From positions 35,513-99,512 of the forward strand of contig CAZCHH010000001.1 of NCBI GenBank assembly GCA_964498585.1: a stretch of 64,000 nt of DNA, in the 5' to 3' direction. How positions within the stretch are numbered: position 1 is the first letter of the stretch; every line of letters starts with the position of its first letter. Under the pieces are notes generated by a model. That model was not told the origin of the DNA and made no database searches. It saw only the letters and a list, made by a program, of their open reading frames with translations. A program made the translations under genes and the position numbers. The DNA comes from an uncultured Hyphomicrobiales bacterium (GTDB taxonomy: Bacteria > Bacteroidota > Ignavibacteria > Kapaibacteriales > UBA2268). Shown in pieces: positions 1 to 10,827 of this stretch.

Positions 1-193
1 TCATATAAGCACCGAAATAAAGAACCGAGAAAACATCTGATATTCCTAGTGGACCTCCGCTATGTCCGGATTTTGCCCTAACTAACATTTTAATAATATC
101 TCTACGGATTTCTAAAGCTATTTCTTTAAATTCGTGGGCTTTTCGTTTTTGGTTTTGGAAAATTTTATTGCCAAACTCTAATATTTCATTCAT
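1..193 (-). CDS. Transketolase, N-terminal part only; the gene runs off the window edge.
   Basis: Reverse translation from the ATG at 193 gives MNEILEFGNKIFQNQKRKAHEFKEIALEIRRDIIKMLVRAKSGHSGGPLGISDVFSVLYFGAYM, the typical TPP-binding N-terminus of transketolase (SGH..GG motif). Confidence 0.75.
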   Translation of the reverse strand, partial: MNEILEFGNKIFQNQKRKAHEFKEIALEIRRDIIKMLVRAKSGHSGGPLGISDVFSVLYFGAYM

Positions 194-763
194 CTTATAT
201 TACGATAATTAAATATAATTTCAACAATATTCATTTTTGATATTGAATATTTTCAAAACTACGAAAATTTATTTACAAAAAAAAGTATATGATTTTGGTT
301 GCTTTTTAAAATTGTAACCCGAAAAAAGACTGAAATAAGTAGTGGAATTCAATTATTGTTGATTGTTTGCATTTTTTTTAATCTGTTCAAGTATTGTAGT
401 AAAATAATTTATTATAGAATTAGTGTTGTTTTTAAAAATATTTAATTAAATAAGGGAAATTAATTTAAATAAAGAACATAATCTGCTTTTATATTGACTT
501 TTGAAAAATTGATTTTAATGATATTAGAATACTTCAAGTCTTCGTAAAATTCTTTTTATTAGTAAATTGATTTGAAATTATTAATTATTGTAAACATTAT
601 TCAAAAATCAGATTTGTCAATTTGGATAAATCTGGTATGCCATTGATTATTAAATAAATTATAAAAATTAAAGCTATAAAAAAAATTAATTTAAATAATT
701 TTTTGAAAATTGAAAAGATTAATCCAATTATTAATAAACCGATTATGATATATTCTAGCATAA

Positions 764-1570
764 TTAACTAAGCTTGAAAGTAAATGTAATAATACCATAC
801 ATTTCCTTTTGTTCTTTCAATTTATTAAATCTCCATTGTTTTAAAGCATCCATAGCAGCTTTTTCGAGTATTGGGTCTCCTTTTTGCAGTGGAAGCATAC
901 TAATTACAGTTCCATCGTAAGAAACAGTAAATTTAATTTTGATTTGTGCAGAAGCATTAGCGCCACGAGGATAAGCTGGGATTTTTTTCTGAAGAACAAT
1001 TCTGTTTCCACCGCCACCCCACTCAATATCACCATAACCTAAACCGAGTCCGGGACCGGTACCTTTTTCGCCTAATCCTGTACCATCTGGATTTCCATTA
1101 GGATTGCCAATATTTCTCGAACTGGACCCCTGGTTATTTTCAGTACTCTTTTCATTCGTGCTTAATACATTAGTTGGATTAAGTCTTGAATAAAAAGAAG
1201 GGTCTTCGATAGCAGCATTATCAGCAAATTTAGTTTTTGTAGCTTTACTAGCATCTTCAAGAGGATTCGATGGGGAAGGTCCCTTTAAAGCTGTGCCTTC
1301 TTCGCTCAAATTACCTTTACTTATACCAGTACCATCGCCGTCTCCAAAGCTTAACAGTTCAATAGGAATAGTCTTTTGACGTTCTATTTTTGCTGGTTTT
1401 GGTATAGTAAAATAAATAAAAGAAGAAATTAAAATGAATAAAAAATAGAGAGAAAGAGAAATAGCAAATCCCCAAGCAGTATTGCTATCCCAAGGAATTT
1501 TAAAATTTATCTGTTTTTCATCTCGATATGGTGTATACATTTTATCCCCCCGGATATCAATTTTTTTCAA
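764..1570 (-). CDS. TonB-family energy transducer with an N-terminal membrane anchor, a Gly/Pro-rich linker and a TonB C-terminal domain.
   Basis: TM helix (FAISLSLYFLFILISSFIYF), low-complexity G/P linker, and a C-terminal block IKIKFTVSYDGTVISMLPLQKGDPILEKAAMDALKQWRF that resembles TonB_C. Confidence 0.65.
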   Translation of the reverse strand: MKKIDIRGDKMYTPYRDEKQINFKIPWDSNTAWGFAISLSLYFLFILISSFIYFTIPKPAKIERQKTIPIELLSFGDGDGTGISKGNLSEEGTALKGPSPSNPLEDASKATKTKFADNAAIEDPSFYSRLNPTNVLSTNEKSTENNQGSSSRNIGNPNGNPDGTGLGEKGTGPGLGLGYGDIEWGGGGNRIVLQKKIPAYPRGANASAQIKIKFTVSYDGTVISMLPLQKGDPILEKAAMDALKQWRFNKLKEQKEMYGIITFTFKLS

Positions 1571-1848
1571 ATTTAAGCAATTTGAATATTTAAAGCAAAT
1601 AATTTATCTATTTTTTTTATATAAATGAAAAAATATTTTGATTTCTCTGCTTATTCTTTTATTATAAATTTTATAGAATAAGCTTCTAATCAAACTTTAT
1701 AATTATATTAATGACTCAAATTATCAAAAAAAATTTTATTTTCTTACTTTGATAATTTCAAAACATTAAAAGAGTTCTAAAAATTGTTATTCAGAGGTAA
1801 ATAGAAACGAAGACGTTTACTTTTGATGAAATGAACTTTTTAGTTAAA

Positions 1849-1873
1849 GGATGACTGGCAGCCATCTGATGAC
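1849..1873. repeat. Palindromic hairpin repeat of the GATGAC-TGGCAG-(G)CCATC(T)GATGAC family. Related copies lie at 30508..30547 and 41424..41466.
   Basis: ggatgactggcagccatctgatgac; near-identical inverted-repeat units recur in two other intergenic gaps. Confidence 0.6.
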
Positions 1874-1950
1874 TTCTGACAACAAATGAAATTATTATAA
1901 TTATATGTATTACAAATAGTTACGTTCTAAAAAACCAAAGTGGTTCATTA

Positions 1951-2122
1951 GGAGCGAAGCGAAGAATCCATAAAAATTTCATTTATACCACTATTCTCTG
2001 TATTCTTCACAACGCTTCAGAACGAGCGACAATGAATGGATGTCATAGTAAACTTAATGGAGAATCTCAAAACTAATTGTTATCAAAGAACTTGAGATTC
2101 TTCGCTGCGCTCGGAATGACAG
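1951..2122. repeat. Intergenic repeat cluster of the CATTCTGAGCG...CGAAGAATC / GAACTTGAGATTCTTCGCTGCGCTCGGAATGACAG family.
   Basis: Shares ~60-nt modules with 58758..58838 (gaatctcacaacta..cagagcttgagattcttcgttgcgctcagaatga) and with 10921..11010 and 46617..46700. Confidence 0.65.
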
Positions 2123-2235
2123 ATAAAATTATTTATTTTGAATTTGCTCTATGTAAACAATATCAACCCTTCCTATGTTATTTCTCTCTATTCAAATGAC
2201 ATTACTATTGAGAAGGAAATACAAAAGATGAATTA

Positions 2236-3819
2236 TTAAAATTTATAAAATACTCCAGCAGCTAAAAATAAATCTCGTTCTTTGTAATTATCCCAAATGA
2301 AGACATTTGAGTTAAGTAAGTTATTTATTCTAGCATAAATAGTGAAGCTATTGCTTAATTTATAATCAGCATAAGCATTTAAATTAAAAAAAGATGAAAG
2401 TTTATGCTCATTTAATAAATCAGTATATCTTTCACTAAAAGTAATTATGCCAAATTGTGTACCAAATTTTTCATTCCAATTTCGTCTGTAATTAGCAGCA
2501 ATTTGATAAGTAGGAGCAAAAGGAATTAAATTACTGGTGTTTTTAAGTTCTTTTCTTTGGAATGCAATATTCAAATTTATTAAATCTTTTTCTGTCAATG
2601 AAATATCAGCGTCACAGGAAATTCCCCAGTTTGTTGCTTTATCGAAATAAAGGTTATAACTTCCTAAACTATCATAAAGGAAATATGGGTGGTTTTCTGA
2701 GCTTGAAATGTTTGCAGATAATGATACAGAATATTTATCTGTAGGATGATAAAGTAGTGATGACTTAAATTCAATTAGGTCTGGAATTCCAACTTTAGAA
2801 GTATCTGTTATATATGGATTTATATTATAATAATCAATTAAACTAAGATTCAAATATTTAGATGAAAGATTGTTCCTTAAAGTAAAATATTTATTAATAT
2901 TAATATTTACGATACCATCAAGATAAACACGAACATTATTTGAGATGTAATCACTTTTGTTTTGAATTCCAGCTTTTGCAATTATATTAATAAAATCATT
3001 TATATAGCTCAAATATCCATTGAGCTGAATAAAAGAATTATTAAAAGATGTGATATTATCAATTTTAAATTCGATGTTAGCTCCAGCAGTAAATTCGTCT
3101 AAATCTTTAGTTACAAGCAGAAAAGCATCAATAATTGTTTCATTTTGTTTGTTAATGTCTTTTAAAGAAAATAGTTGTAAATTTGCGCCAGTTTCAAACG
3201 AGAAGCCCTCGAATTCACCAATGGAATTAATATCAAAATCTAAAGTTAAAGCATTTCTATCGGCTGGATTCTTTATTGCATATAGTTTTAAGTTATCATT
3301 TTGAATATTAAAAGAAGTAACAGTTTTGCTTCCACCAAAAATAAAATATTTTTTAGGAGCAATAAATTGAGAAGAAATAGAAGCATTGAGTTTGTTATAA
3401 TCAGAATTTTCAACGTGTCCGTTACTAGCTTCAAAATTTGCATTAACGAATAACTTGTAATTATTTACTTCAAATTCATAACCTGCTTCAAGCAGTGGAG
3501 TGAAATATCGCCCTACTTCACCTTTTAAAAAACCTCTATAGAATGTTTTTTCATAAATCTTATTTGGAATAGTCTTTAATGGCAAAAGGAAAGAAGGTTT
3601 TTTCTCTAAAGAATTAATTGAATCAAGTTCTTCATTGCTAAGTGAATTGAATTTATCTGGTAATTGTTTCATACCCGCTCTGATATTAGTTTTGTCTTTT
3701 CCTTCAATAAAAATATCAGGCAACTCAAAAGGAGTAGAGTTTGTCCCTTGTTGAGAAAAGGAAATATAATTGCACAAAAATGTAAAAATAATTAAAGTTT
3801 TAAACAGAATTTTCATCAT
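2236..3819 (-). CDS. Outer-membrane beta-barrel protein with a signal peptide and a C-terminal Phe. It lies 14 bp downstream of, and is probably co-transcribed with, the SprB-repeat T9SS cargo gene. A PorP/SprF-like role is inferred only.
   Basis: N-terminal signal peptide; alternating amphipathic beta-strand pattern; ends ..AAGVFYKF (terminal aromatic residue typical of OMP barrels); 14-bp gap to the upstream gene. Confidence 0.5.
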   Translation of the reverse strand: MMKILFKTLIIFTFLCNYISFSQQGTNSTPFELPDIFIEGKDKTNIRAGMKQLPDKFNSLSNEELDSINSLEKKPSFLLPLKTIPNKIYEKTFYRGFLKGEVGRYFTPLLEAGYEFEVNNYKLFVNANFEASNGHVENSDYNKLNASISSQFIAPKKYFIFGGSKTVTSFNIQNDNLKLYAIKNPADRNALTLDFDINSIGEFEGFSFETGANLQLFSLKDINKQNETIIDAFLLVTKDLDEFTAGANIEFKIDNITSFNNSFIQLNGYLSYINDFINIIAKAGIQNKSDYISNNVRVYLDGIVNININKYFTLRNNLSSKYLNLSLIDYYNINPYITDTSKVGIPDLIEFKSSLLYHPTDKYSVSLSANISSSENHPYFLYDSLGSYNLYFDKATNWGISCDADISLTEKDLINLNIAFQRKELKNTSNLIPFAPTYQIAANYRRNWNEKFGTQFGIITFSERYTDLLNEHKLSSFFNLNAYADYKLSNSFTIYARINNLLNSNVFIWDNYKERDLFLAAGVFYKF

Positions 3820-3832
3820 ATCACTTAAATCT

Positions 3833-6800
3833 TTATTTTATAATAACTAATGGATTATTAACTGAACCGCTAGGGCTTTGTAACACTATTTGATAAAATC
3901 CATTATTAAATATATTAGTGTTGATTTGAAAGACGAATTGGTTACTTGTTTTAGTATTCAAAACAGAATTTTCCCATATTTTTTTTCCTTCAAGTGAATA
4001 AATATCAAGTTTGAAAGCCCCTTCTTCCTCAGCATTTAGAATAATTGAAAAACTGCCTGTATTGCTTGCATAAATTGGATTTGGATTCACCTGAATGCTG
4101 TTTGCAATTTTTAATCTGATGCCACGAAAAGGAAAAACGCAAATATCTTGAGTTTCTATTGTGCTTTCAATACCAGTCCAACACAAATCAAACTTATCTG
4201 CAGAGAATTCTTCAATGTTTACTGTGGATTTAATCTCAGCCGGCAGCATTACAGTTCCACAAATCATCTCCAATGTTTGTCCATCAGCACTAATAACGAC
4301 ATCTTCAACAAGTATTTTTACCTTTACCTTATTTTCGGAATATTCGAAATCCAAATCATTAGGAATAAAAACATTGTTATTGAAGGCGATTTCTATTGAG
4401 TAATTAGCACTTTCCATATTGGAATTTTTTGCAACAGCTTTTGCCATCAAAGGAATACAAAAGTTGTTATTACCAATGAAAGTAAGTGTGTCTGGCAGCC
4501 AAATGAGGAAAGTCGGTTTAGTTGTGCCTGTTAAAGACATAGCAAATCTGCCAAGACAAGGGTCAGTAACTTCGATAATAACACTGTCAGAAAAAACATC
4601 AATTTCCTTAGGTGAAAATTCTATTTCTAATGTATATGCTTCATCTGGGCTTAAGTCTATATTTGATAGCTTTGAAAGTATTTTGAAATTTTCATTGTTC
4701 TCGCGTAAATAAATTGTATCAATTGAAAAATGATTGTGTGTAGCATTTCTTAATTTAAATTGCTTTAGGTTGTTTTCTGAAATACATACTGAGTCAAACA
4801 CTAACGAAGTAATATTACTAAAATTAACACTTAAAAACTTAATATATTGATTAACAGAAACAGAGCATCCATTTGAGTCAGTTGCAATTAAAGAGTAATT
4901 GCCCTCTTGGTTTACAGTAATAGTTTTAGTTGTTTCGCCGGTTGACCATAAATAGCTTTGGAAATCCTTATCAGCAGTAATGTCAATGCTTGTTCCATTA
5001 CAAATTATCAATGTATCGCCTTCAGGTAATATATCAGCTTCAGGATTTGGATAAAAAATTATATCTTTCTCAATATACTGAGTGCAAAGTGATGCATTGG
5101 TTATTTCTACGCTATAAATACCAGATTCTGTTACCTGAATATTTGAAGTAGTTGCACCATTTGACCATAGATAAGAGTAGGTTCCATCATCAGGAACAAT
5201 ACTTAATTCTGCAACATCTCCGTCGCAATAAGATTCCTTGTCAGTAGCAATAATAGAATTTGGAGTTTCTTTGAAAACCAATGTAATTGTGTCTTTAGCA
5301 GTGCAGCCGACATCAGTTTGGACATCTATTTGATAGAAACCCGAGCGTGTTGCATAATATCTTTGATTGCTGCTATCAGGAATTTCCTCTCCGTCTCTTG
5401 TCCAGTGGTAACTGACAGTTTCGCTTGGATTTGCAATTAAAGTAATTGTATCTCCTTCGCAAATTGGGAATTCACCTTCTGTCGTTATTGAAACAGTGGG
5501 ATTTTCTCTAACTTCAATGAAAATGGAATCGCGTGAAACACAATCGCATTCATTTGTAACTGTGAGATAATACCATTTTGACACCGGGGGATTGTCTCTG
5601 ATTGTGTTTTTTCGTTCATATACCGTAGTCCATTCATATTCGTAATTTTCATCATAAGGAGTAGTCATAGTAATCCAATCACCTTTACATATAATTGGCT
5701 GCTTATCGGTAGTGATATCTGCAACAGGATAAGGCACTATGGTCAAATCGAAAGTATCAATAGTAGTTTCGCATCCAAATACGAAAGTAGTAACCTTATA
5801 TGTTCCGGGTAAAGGATTTTTAAACGTAAGAGTAGTATCTTTAGTAGTTAAAAAGAAACCGCCGGGTGCTTCCCATCTGTATTCAGAATTTTCTATTTTA
5901 TTAAGAGTAAAAGTAACTGGCTGCCCTTCGCAAATACAATTTTTAGAACCGGAGATAGTAACAGGAGCAGCAAAATAATTTGAAACGAAAGTAGGAAGTC
6001 CTAATTGAGAGTATCCTTTGGTTAAAGGTAAGCCAGCAAACTCATAATAGCAGGCAGTTCCTTTTAAATTTGGATATCTGATAACACCGAGATAATTCTT
6101 ATTATCTCCGGCAACATAGATTTTTCCATTAGGTCCGATTTGCATTGCATAAAAAGAATTACTATTAAGTGGGTCGTAAGCAATTCTAACTTTAGAATTA
6201 TCTATTTGAGTGTTGTTACCTGCCGAAAGGTCCCATTGATAAATAAATGATTCATCATAAGCAGTAGTAGTAGCACTTCCGTAAAATTTAGAGCCATCTT
6301 GTGAAAATTCAATTCCATACGTTTGCTGTAATGGAGAAAGTGTTAAAGTTACCGGATTTGTTATAGCGCCAGTAGTATTATCAAAATCGAAGATTTGAAA
6401 TGACCATTGATTCGGTAAAGCAACTGCAATATGTCTGCTATCAGGAGCAACTTTTATTTGTCCCATATAGGCAAGTAAATTTCCGCCATGGTCTAATCCG
6501 ACTCTGCTATAAATAGGAGTTCTAATTACTCCGTCTTCAGTAACTCTATATGTTCTAAATCTGTTGTTATCATATTCGTGAGTTATTATGAAGAAGTCTT
6601 TATTATTACAATGCTTAACAGCTGCGATTTTTTCAGTGGAAGGTGCGTATAAAAATATGTTTTTTTGGACTACATCGCCAGAATCCTCGCACATAGACAT
6701 ATCAACAATTGAATAACTAATACCATTGTTTGGCGGATTGAAAAATGGTGATTCATCAGCAGTAAAGATATAATAAATGCTTTTTGTGCTGTCATTAGGT

Positions 6801-7123
6801 TTGGGAATGATTACAGCAGAGCAGGTTGAAGATGGATGGCCTGCCAAGCCATTTCCATTAGGCATTACTTTATGAAACCGATTCCAAACATAAACTCCAT
6901 CTGTATAAAAAAGTAGATTTCCGTCTTTGTCAGAAATTGTTGCACAACCTTCCCAGGTATCGATTTTGCTATCATTTTTGGGGCAGGGTGGAGAAATACA
7001 GGCAGTTGTTTTGTTGAAACTTATTGCTGCATTCTTTCCAAAATACCAATTATAACCTTCTTTCTGAGCAGATAGCTGAGATGGTAATAATAGTATTAAA
7101 ACTAATAAAGTTAAAATTATCAT
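3833..7123 (-). CDS. Large cell-surface protein: signal peptide, ~370-aa N-terminal domain, five tandem SprB-type repeats (Pfam SprB-like, C.G[DQ]...Y.W..G.T......G.Y.V.V.......C), then a T9SS type-A C-terminal sorting domain.
   Basis: Repeats such as YCDGDVAELSIVPDDGTYSYLWSNGATTSNIQVTESGIYSVEITNASLC match the SprB repeat pattern. C-terminus ..GFYQIVLQSPSGSVNNPLVIIK is typical of the Por_Secre_tail. Confidence 0.7.
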   Translation of the reverse strand: MIILTLLVLILLLPSQLSAQKEGYNWYFGKNAAISFNKTTACISPPCPKNDSKIDTWEGCATISDKDGNLLFYTDGVYVWNRFHKVMPNGNGLAGHPSSTCSAVIIPKPNDSTKSIYYIFTADESPFFNPPNNGISYSIVDMSMCEDSGDVVQKNIFLYAPSTEKIAAVKHCNNKDFFIITHEYDNNRFRTYRVTEDGVIRTPIYSRVGLDHGGNLLAYMGQIKVAPDSRHIAVALPNQWSFQIFDFDNTTGAITNPVTLTLSPLQQTYGIEFSQDGSKFYGSATTTAYDESFIYQWDLSAGNNTQIDNSKVRIAYDPLNSNSFYAMQIGPNGKIYVAGDNKNYLGVIRYPNLKGTACYYEFAGLPLTKGYSQLGLPTFVSNYFAAPVTISGSKNCICEGQPVTFTLNKIENSEYRWEAPGGFFLTTKDTTLTFKNPLPGTYKVTTFVFGCETTIDTFDLTIVPYPVADITTDKQPIICKGDWITMTTPYDENYEYEWTTVYERKNTIRDNPPVSKWYYLTVTNECDCVSRDSIFIEVRENPTVSITTEGEFPICEGDTITLIANPSETVSYHWTRDGEEIPDSSNQRYYATRSGFYQIDVQTDVGCTAKDTITLVFKETPNSIIATDKESYCDGDVAELSIVPDDGTYSYLWSNGATTSNIQVTESGIYSVEITNASLCTQYIEKDIIFYPNPEADILPEGDTLIICNGTSIDITADKDFQSYLWSTGETTKTITVNQEGNYSLIATDSNGCSVSVNQYIKFLSVNFSNITSLVFDSVCISENNLKQFKLRNATHNHFSIDTIYLRENNENFKILSKLSNIDLSPDEAYTLEIEFSPKEIDVFSDSVIIEVTDPCLGRFAMSLTGTTKPTFLIWLPDTLTFIGNNNFCIPLMAKAVAKNSNMESANYSIEIAFNNNVFIPNDLDFEYSENKVKVKILVEDVVISADGQTLEMICGTVMLPAEIKSTVNIEEFSADKFDLCWTGIESTIETQDICVFPFRGIRLKIANSIQVNPNPIYASNTGSFSIILNAEEEGAFKLDIYSLEGKKIWENSVLNTKTSNQFVFQINTNIFNNGFYQIVLQSPSGSVNNPLVIIK

Positions 7124-7190
7124 AATTTTATTTCTGTTGCTTAAACAAACTATAAATATAACAAATAATACTCAAAAAAGTAACTAAAAA

Positions 7191-10100
7191 TTATTCTCCA
7201 ATTGTTTCTACTGTTCTTTTAATTCTCCATAAAAATTCAACTGCTTCGTCACGATTTTGTATAGTAAAAATAGCAGTAATTTTATTATTATTTTCTAATA
7301 TTTTTAAATTTTCGTAATTTACGAAAAATTCATTTAATTCTGGAAATATAATTTTATAAAAATGTTCATTTTCTGAAAAAGGAAATTCAATTATTAATCT
7401 GTCCTCTTTTAAACTTAATTTCTTTATTCCGGTGTTAATTGCAGAAATCCTTAATTTTACAGAAAAAATAAGCTCTTTTGTTTCTTTTGGAAGCTTTCCG
7501 TAGCAATCAGTAATTTCGTTTACAATTTGCTGTAAATCTGAATTATTTCTAGTTTCATAAAGTTTTTTATAAATTAGAAATCTTTCTGAATTGTTTGAAA
7601 TGTAGTAATTAGGAATATAAGCATCTGTATTAATTTCTATTGCTAAATCAGAATTATCGAGGTATTTTGGTTTTTCTTCCGAAAATTCTTTGAATAAATC
7701 CGGAAATTCTTCAATTTTTATTTCTTTAACAGCTTCATCAAGAATTTTTTGGTATAAATCGAAACCGATTTCATTAATAAATCCGCTTTGCTGTGGGCCC
7801 AGCAAATCGCCTGCTCCACGTATTTCCATATCTCGCATTGCAAGATTGAATCCGCTTCCAAGTTCCGTAAATTCTTCTATAGCAAGCAAACGTTTCAATG
7901 TATTTCCGCCGATTGTTTTGATTGGAGGAACAAGTAGATAGCAGTATGCCTGAATATTGCTTCTTCCTACTCTTCCACGCAACTGGTAAAGTTCGGCTAA
8001 ACCGAAGTGATGCGCTCTGTTTATAAAAATTGTATTTGCATTTGGAATATCTAAACCGGATTCAATTATTTTAGTAGCAAGAAGGACATCAACTTTTTTA
8101 GCAAGAAATTTTTCCATAACTTTTTCTAATTCACTCGTTTTCATTTGACCATGAGCAACAGCAATTTTTAAAGTTGGTAGAAGCATTTGCAAATCCATTG
8201 CTATTCTATCAATATCATTTACCCTATCAGAAACAAAAAAAACTTGCCCGCCTCTTTCAATTTCCTGCATTGTTGCTTCAGTAATTGTTTTATTATTCCA
8301 TTCGATTATTTCAGTAATAGTAGGAATCCTATTTCGCGGTGGAGTTTCGATTATGCTTAAATCTCTTGCACCAAGAAGTGAAAAATTCAGTGTTCGTGGT
8401 ATCGGAGTCGCAGTCAATGTTAAAGTATCTACGTTATTTCTCAACGCTCTTATACTTTCTTTAGCACCGACACCAAAGCGATGCTCCTCGTCTATTATCA
8501 AAAGTCCTAAATCTTTAAAGCCAACATCTTTGCTCAAAATCCTATGTGTTCCAATTAAAATATCAATTCTGCCTTCTTTCATTTTATTTACAATATCTTT
8601 TTGCTCTTTTCTTTGTTTAAAGCGAGAAAGAGATTCAATAAGAATAGGGTATTGTTTCATTCTGTCTGAAAATGTTATATAATGCTGTTCTGCTAAAATA
8701 GTAGTAGGAACAAGCACAGCAACCTGCTTTCCCGCCTGAACTGCCTTAAAGGCAGCACGAATAGCAATTTCTGTTTTTCCGAAACCCACATCTCCACATA
8801 CCAACCTGTCCATAGGTGTAATGGATTCCATATCTTTTTTAACTGCGTCTGTAGTTTCTGCCTGGTCAATTGTGTCTTCATAAATAAATGAAGCTTCAAG
8901 TTCTTTTTGCCATATATTATCAACAGGAAACGAGAATCCTTTTATTTCCTTTCGTTTCGCATAAAGTTTGATTAAATCGAATGCTAATTCTCTTAATCGT
9001 TGCTTGGTCTTTGCTTTCTTACGCTTCCACTCGTTAGTACCAAGTCGGGAAAGCTTAGGGACAACACCATCGGCAGCGTTATATTTTTGTATTAAGTGAA
9101 GATAATTTAAATTTACGTAAAGTGTTCCATCATCAGCAAAAATTAGCTTTATACAATCCTGCAGCTTGCCTGCAACCTGAATTGTCTGAAATCCATTGAA
9201 CTTGCAAATACCTTTTTCTTCGTGAACAAGATAATCACCAATATTTAGTTGTTTGACTTCTTTTAAAGATATACTTTGCTTTTGCTTATATTTTTTTGAA
9301 CGGATAAGGACCTGTTTACGTGAAAATATTTGATGCTCAGTAAAACAGGCAATTTTATTTTGTTCTAAAATAAAGCCCTCAAAAAAATCTTTTTCCAACC
9401 AGATTATATTTTTTAGATATTTTTCCGAATATGAATCGATTACATCATTTTTATTGTCTTCGTCTTTCATTTCAGCAAGTTCAATAGCATTTTCTATAAT
9501 TTCGCGAAAACGCTCTAAGTGAATTTTCCCTTCTGCTGAAATTAATATTTTATAATTTTCACTGCTTAGATGTTTTAAGTCCCTTATAAAATCCTTAACA
9601 GTATGCTGATAAAATGGTTGAGGAGAGCTTTGAACTGAAAAGTCAGCTTTTCCGTAGATGTTCAGATACAATTTTTTAAAGTCAGTAAAATGTGCTGTTT
9701 CAGGAGCATCAATATCTGCACTTTCATTATAATCAATAACAATTAAGGTGCTTTTGGGGATATAATCGAAAATATTTCCTTGTTCCACTCCTTCTGTGGA
9801 ATGGAAAATACTTGAAATGAACTCAACATTATCGAAATTTCCAATACTTCTTTGAGAAAGCGGCTCAAATTGCCGAATAGATTCTATAGTATCGCCCCAA
9901 AATTCGATTCTTAATGGATTTTCCCAGCCGATTGGGAAGAGGTCAAGTATTCCTCCACGAACTGCCATATCACCTTGAAAAGATACATAATCTTTTTTTT
10001 CAAATCCATTTAAAGCTAGTTGATTAATCAAATTGGTAAAATCAACTTCAGAATCCTTTACTAATCTGATAACGGAATCTGAAATACTCTCAGGTTTTGG

Positions 10101-10526
10101 TATTGCTTTTTTTAGAACTGCTGGCGTTGTTATTGAAATTGAATACTCATTTTTTTGAATGGAGGATAGTCCGTCAACCAACCAAATATTTGATTCATCA
10201 AGATTTTCTGTTTTTAATCTTACGGTGCTTGGTGCTTCAATAAGTAGTGCTATGCTTTCTGTTTCTATTAATACTTCTAAATCATTGAACCAACCTGATG
10301 CTTTTGTATTATCTTCTGATAAAATTAATATATTCTGCTTTTTCTTATTCCAAATACTTGCAATTAAAAAAGATTTAAGAGACCCACTCAAATGCTTTAT
10401 TCTCAAACTATCTCTATTGCTTTCTAATAAATTAATAATCTCTGAAGTGAAACTTAAATTTGAACTTATTTCTTCTAATTGTTTAAGATATTTTGGTTTT
10501 GCTTTTATACTGGTTTCGATTGGCAT
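7191..10526 (-). CDS. mfd: Transcription-repair coupling factor Mfd.
   Basis: 1111 aa; helicase motifs GDVGFGKTEIAIRAAF, DEEHRFGV, TATPIPRTL; TRCF C-terminal domain. Confidence 0.95.
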   Translation of the reverse strand: MPIETSIKAKPKYLKQLEEISSNLSFTSEIINLLESNRDSLRIKHLSGSLKSFLIASIWNKKKQNILILSEDNTKASGWFNDLEVLIETESIALLIEAPSTVRLKTENLDESNIWLVDGLSSIQKNEYSISITTPAVLKKAIPKPESISDSVIRLVKDSEVDFTNLINQLALNGFEKKDYVSFQGDMAVRGGILDLFPIGWENPLRIEFWGDTIESIRQFEPLSQRSIGNFDNVEFISSIFHSTEGVEQGNIFDYIPKSTLIVIDYNESADIDAPETAHFTDFKKLYLNIYGKADFSVQSSPQPFYQHTVKDFIRDLKHLSSENYKILISAEGKIHLERFREIIENAIELAEMKDEDNKNDVIDSYSEKYLKNIIWLEKDFFEGFILEQNKIACFTEHQIFSRKQVLIRSKKYKQKQSISLKEVKQLNIGDYLVHEEKGICKFNGFQTIQVAGKLQDCIKLIFADDGTLYVNLNYLHLIQKYNAADGVVPKLSRLGTNEWKRKKAKTKQRLRELAFDLIKLYAKRKEIKGFSFPVDNIWQKELEASFIYEDTIDQAETTDAVKKDMESITPMDRLVCGDVGFGKTEIAIRAAFKAVQAGKQVAVLVPTTILAEQHYITFSDRMKQYPILIESLSRFKQRKEQKDIVNKMKEGRIDILIGTHRILSKDVGFKDLGLLIIDEEHRFGVGAKESIRALRNNVDTLTLTATPIPRTLNFSLLGARDLSIIETPPRNRIPTITEIIEWNNKTITEATMQEIERGGQVFFVSDRVNDIDRIAMDLQMLLPTLKIAVAHGQMKTSELEKVMEKFLAKKVDVLLATKIIESGLDIPNANTIFINRAHHFGLAELYQLRGRVGRSNIQAYCYLLVPPIKTIGGNTLKRLLAIEEFTELGSGFNLAMRDMEIRGAGDLLGPQQSGFINEIGFDLYQKILDEAVKEIKIEEFPDLFKEFSEEKPKYLDNSDLAIEINTDAYIPNYYISNNSERFLIYKKLYETRNNSDLQQIVNEITDCYGKLPKETKELIFSVKLRISAINTGIKKLSLKEDRLIIEFPFSENEHFYKIIFPELNEFFVNYENLKILENNNKITAIFTIQNRDEAVEFLWRIKRTVETIGE

Positions 10527-10827
10527 CTTACTAATTGTTAATTATTAATTGTTAATGATTGTTAAATCTTTGATAAATTTTAGAACATTAATGAATTTTT
10601 AAACTTTTATAAAAGTTTTTAAGAACAAAACAAAATTAAAAAAAAATCGATTATTTTTTGTTAATAAAAATCTCTATAATTTTAATTTTTAATTATTACA
10701 TAAATTTCTGAAGTAAAAATTTGAAAAGGTGAATTATTTTATTAAATTAGAAACAGTAATTGAAAATAAAAAAGCAGTGAAGGTATTGCAGGTTGTAAAA
10801 GGAGAGTTCTAAAAATTTGAAATTGCC

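Noticed and set aside
4148-4712. Plus-strand ORFs 4148..4399, 4161..4403 and 4419..4712 inside the SprB-repeat gene.
   Set aside because: They are antisense to a 1096-aa ORF with clear domain structure, have low-complexity translations, and show no motifs. Typical shadow ORFs.
7690-10548. ORFs 7690..7941, 8353..8682, 8693..8923 and 10159..10548 overlapping mfd.
   Set aside because: They are antisense or off-frame within a well-supported 1111-aa mfd and have no recognisable features.
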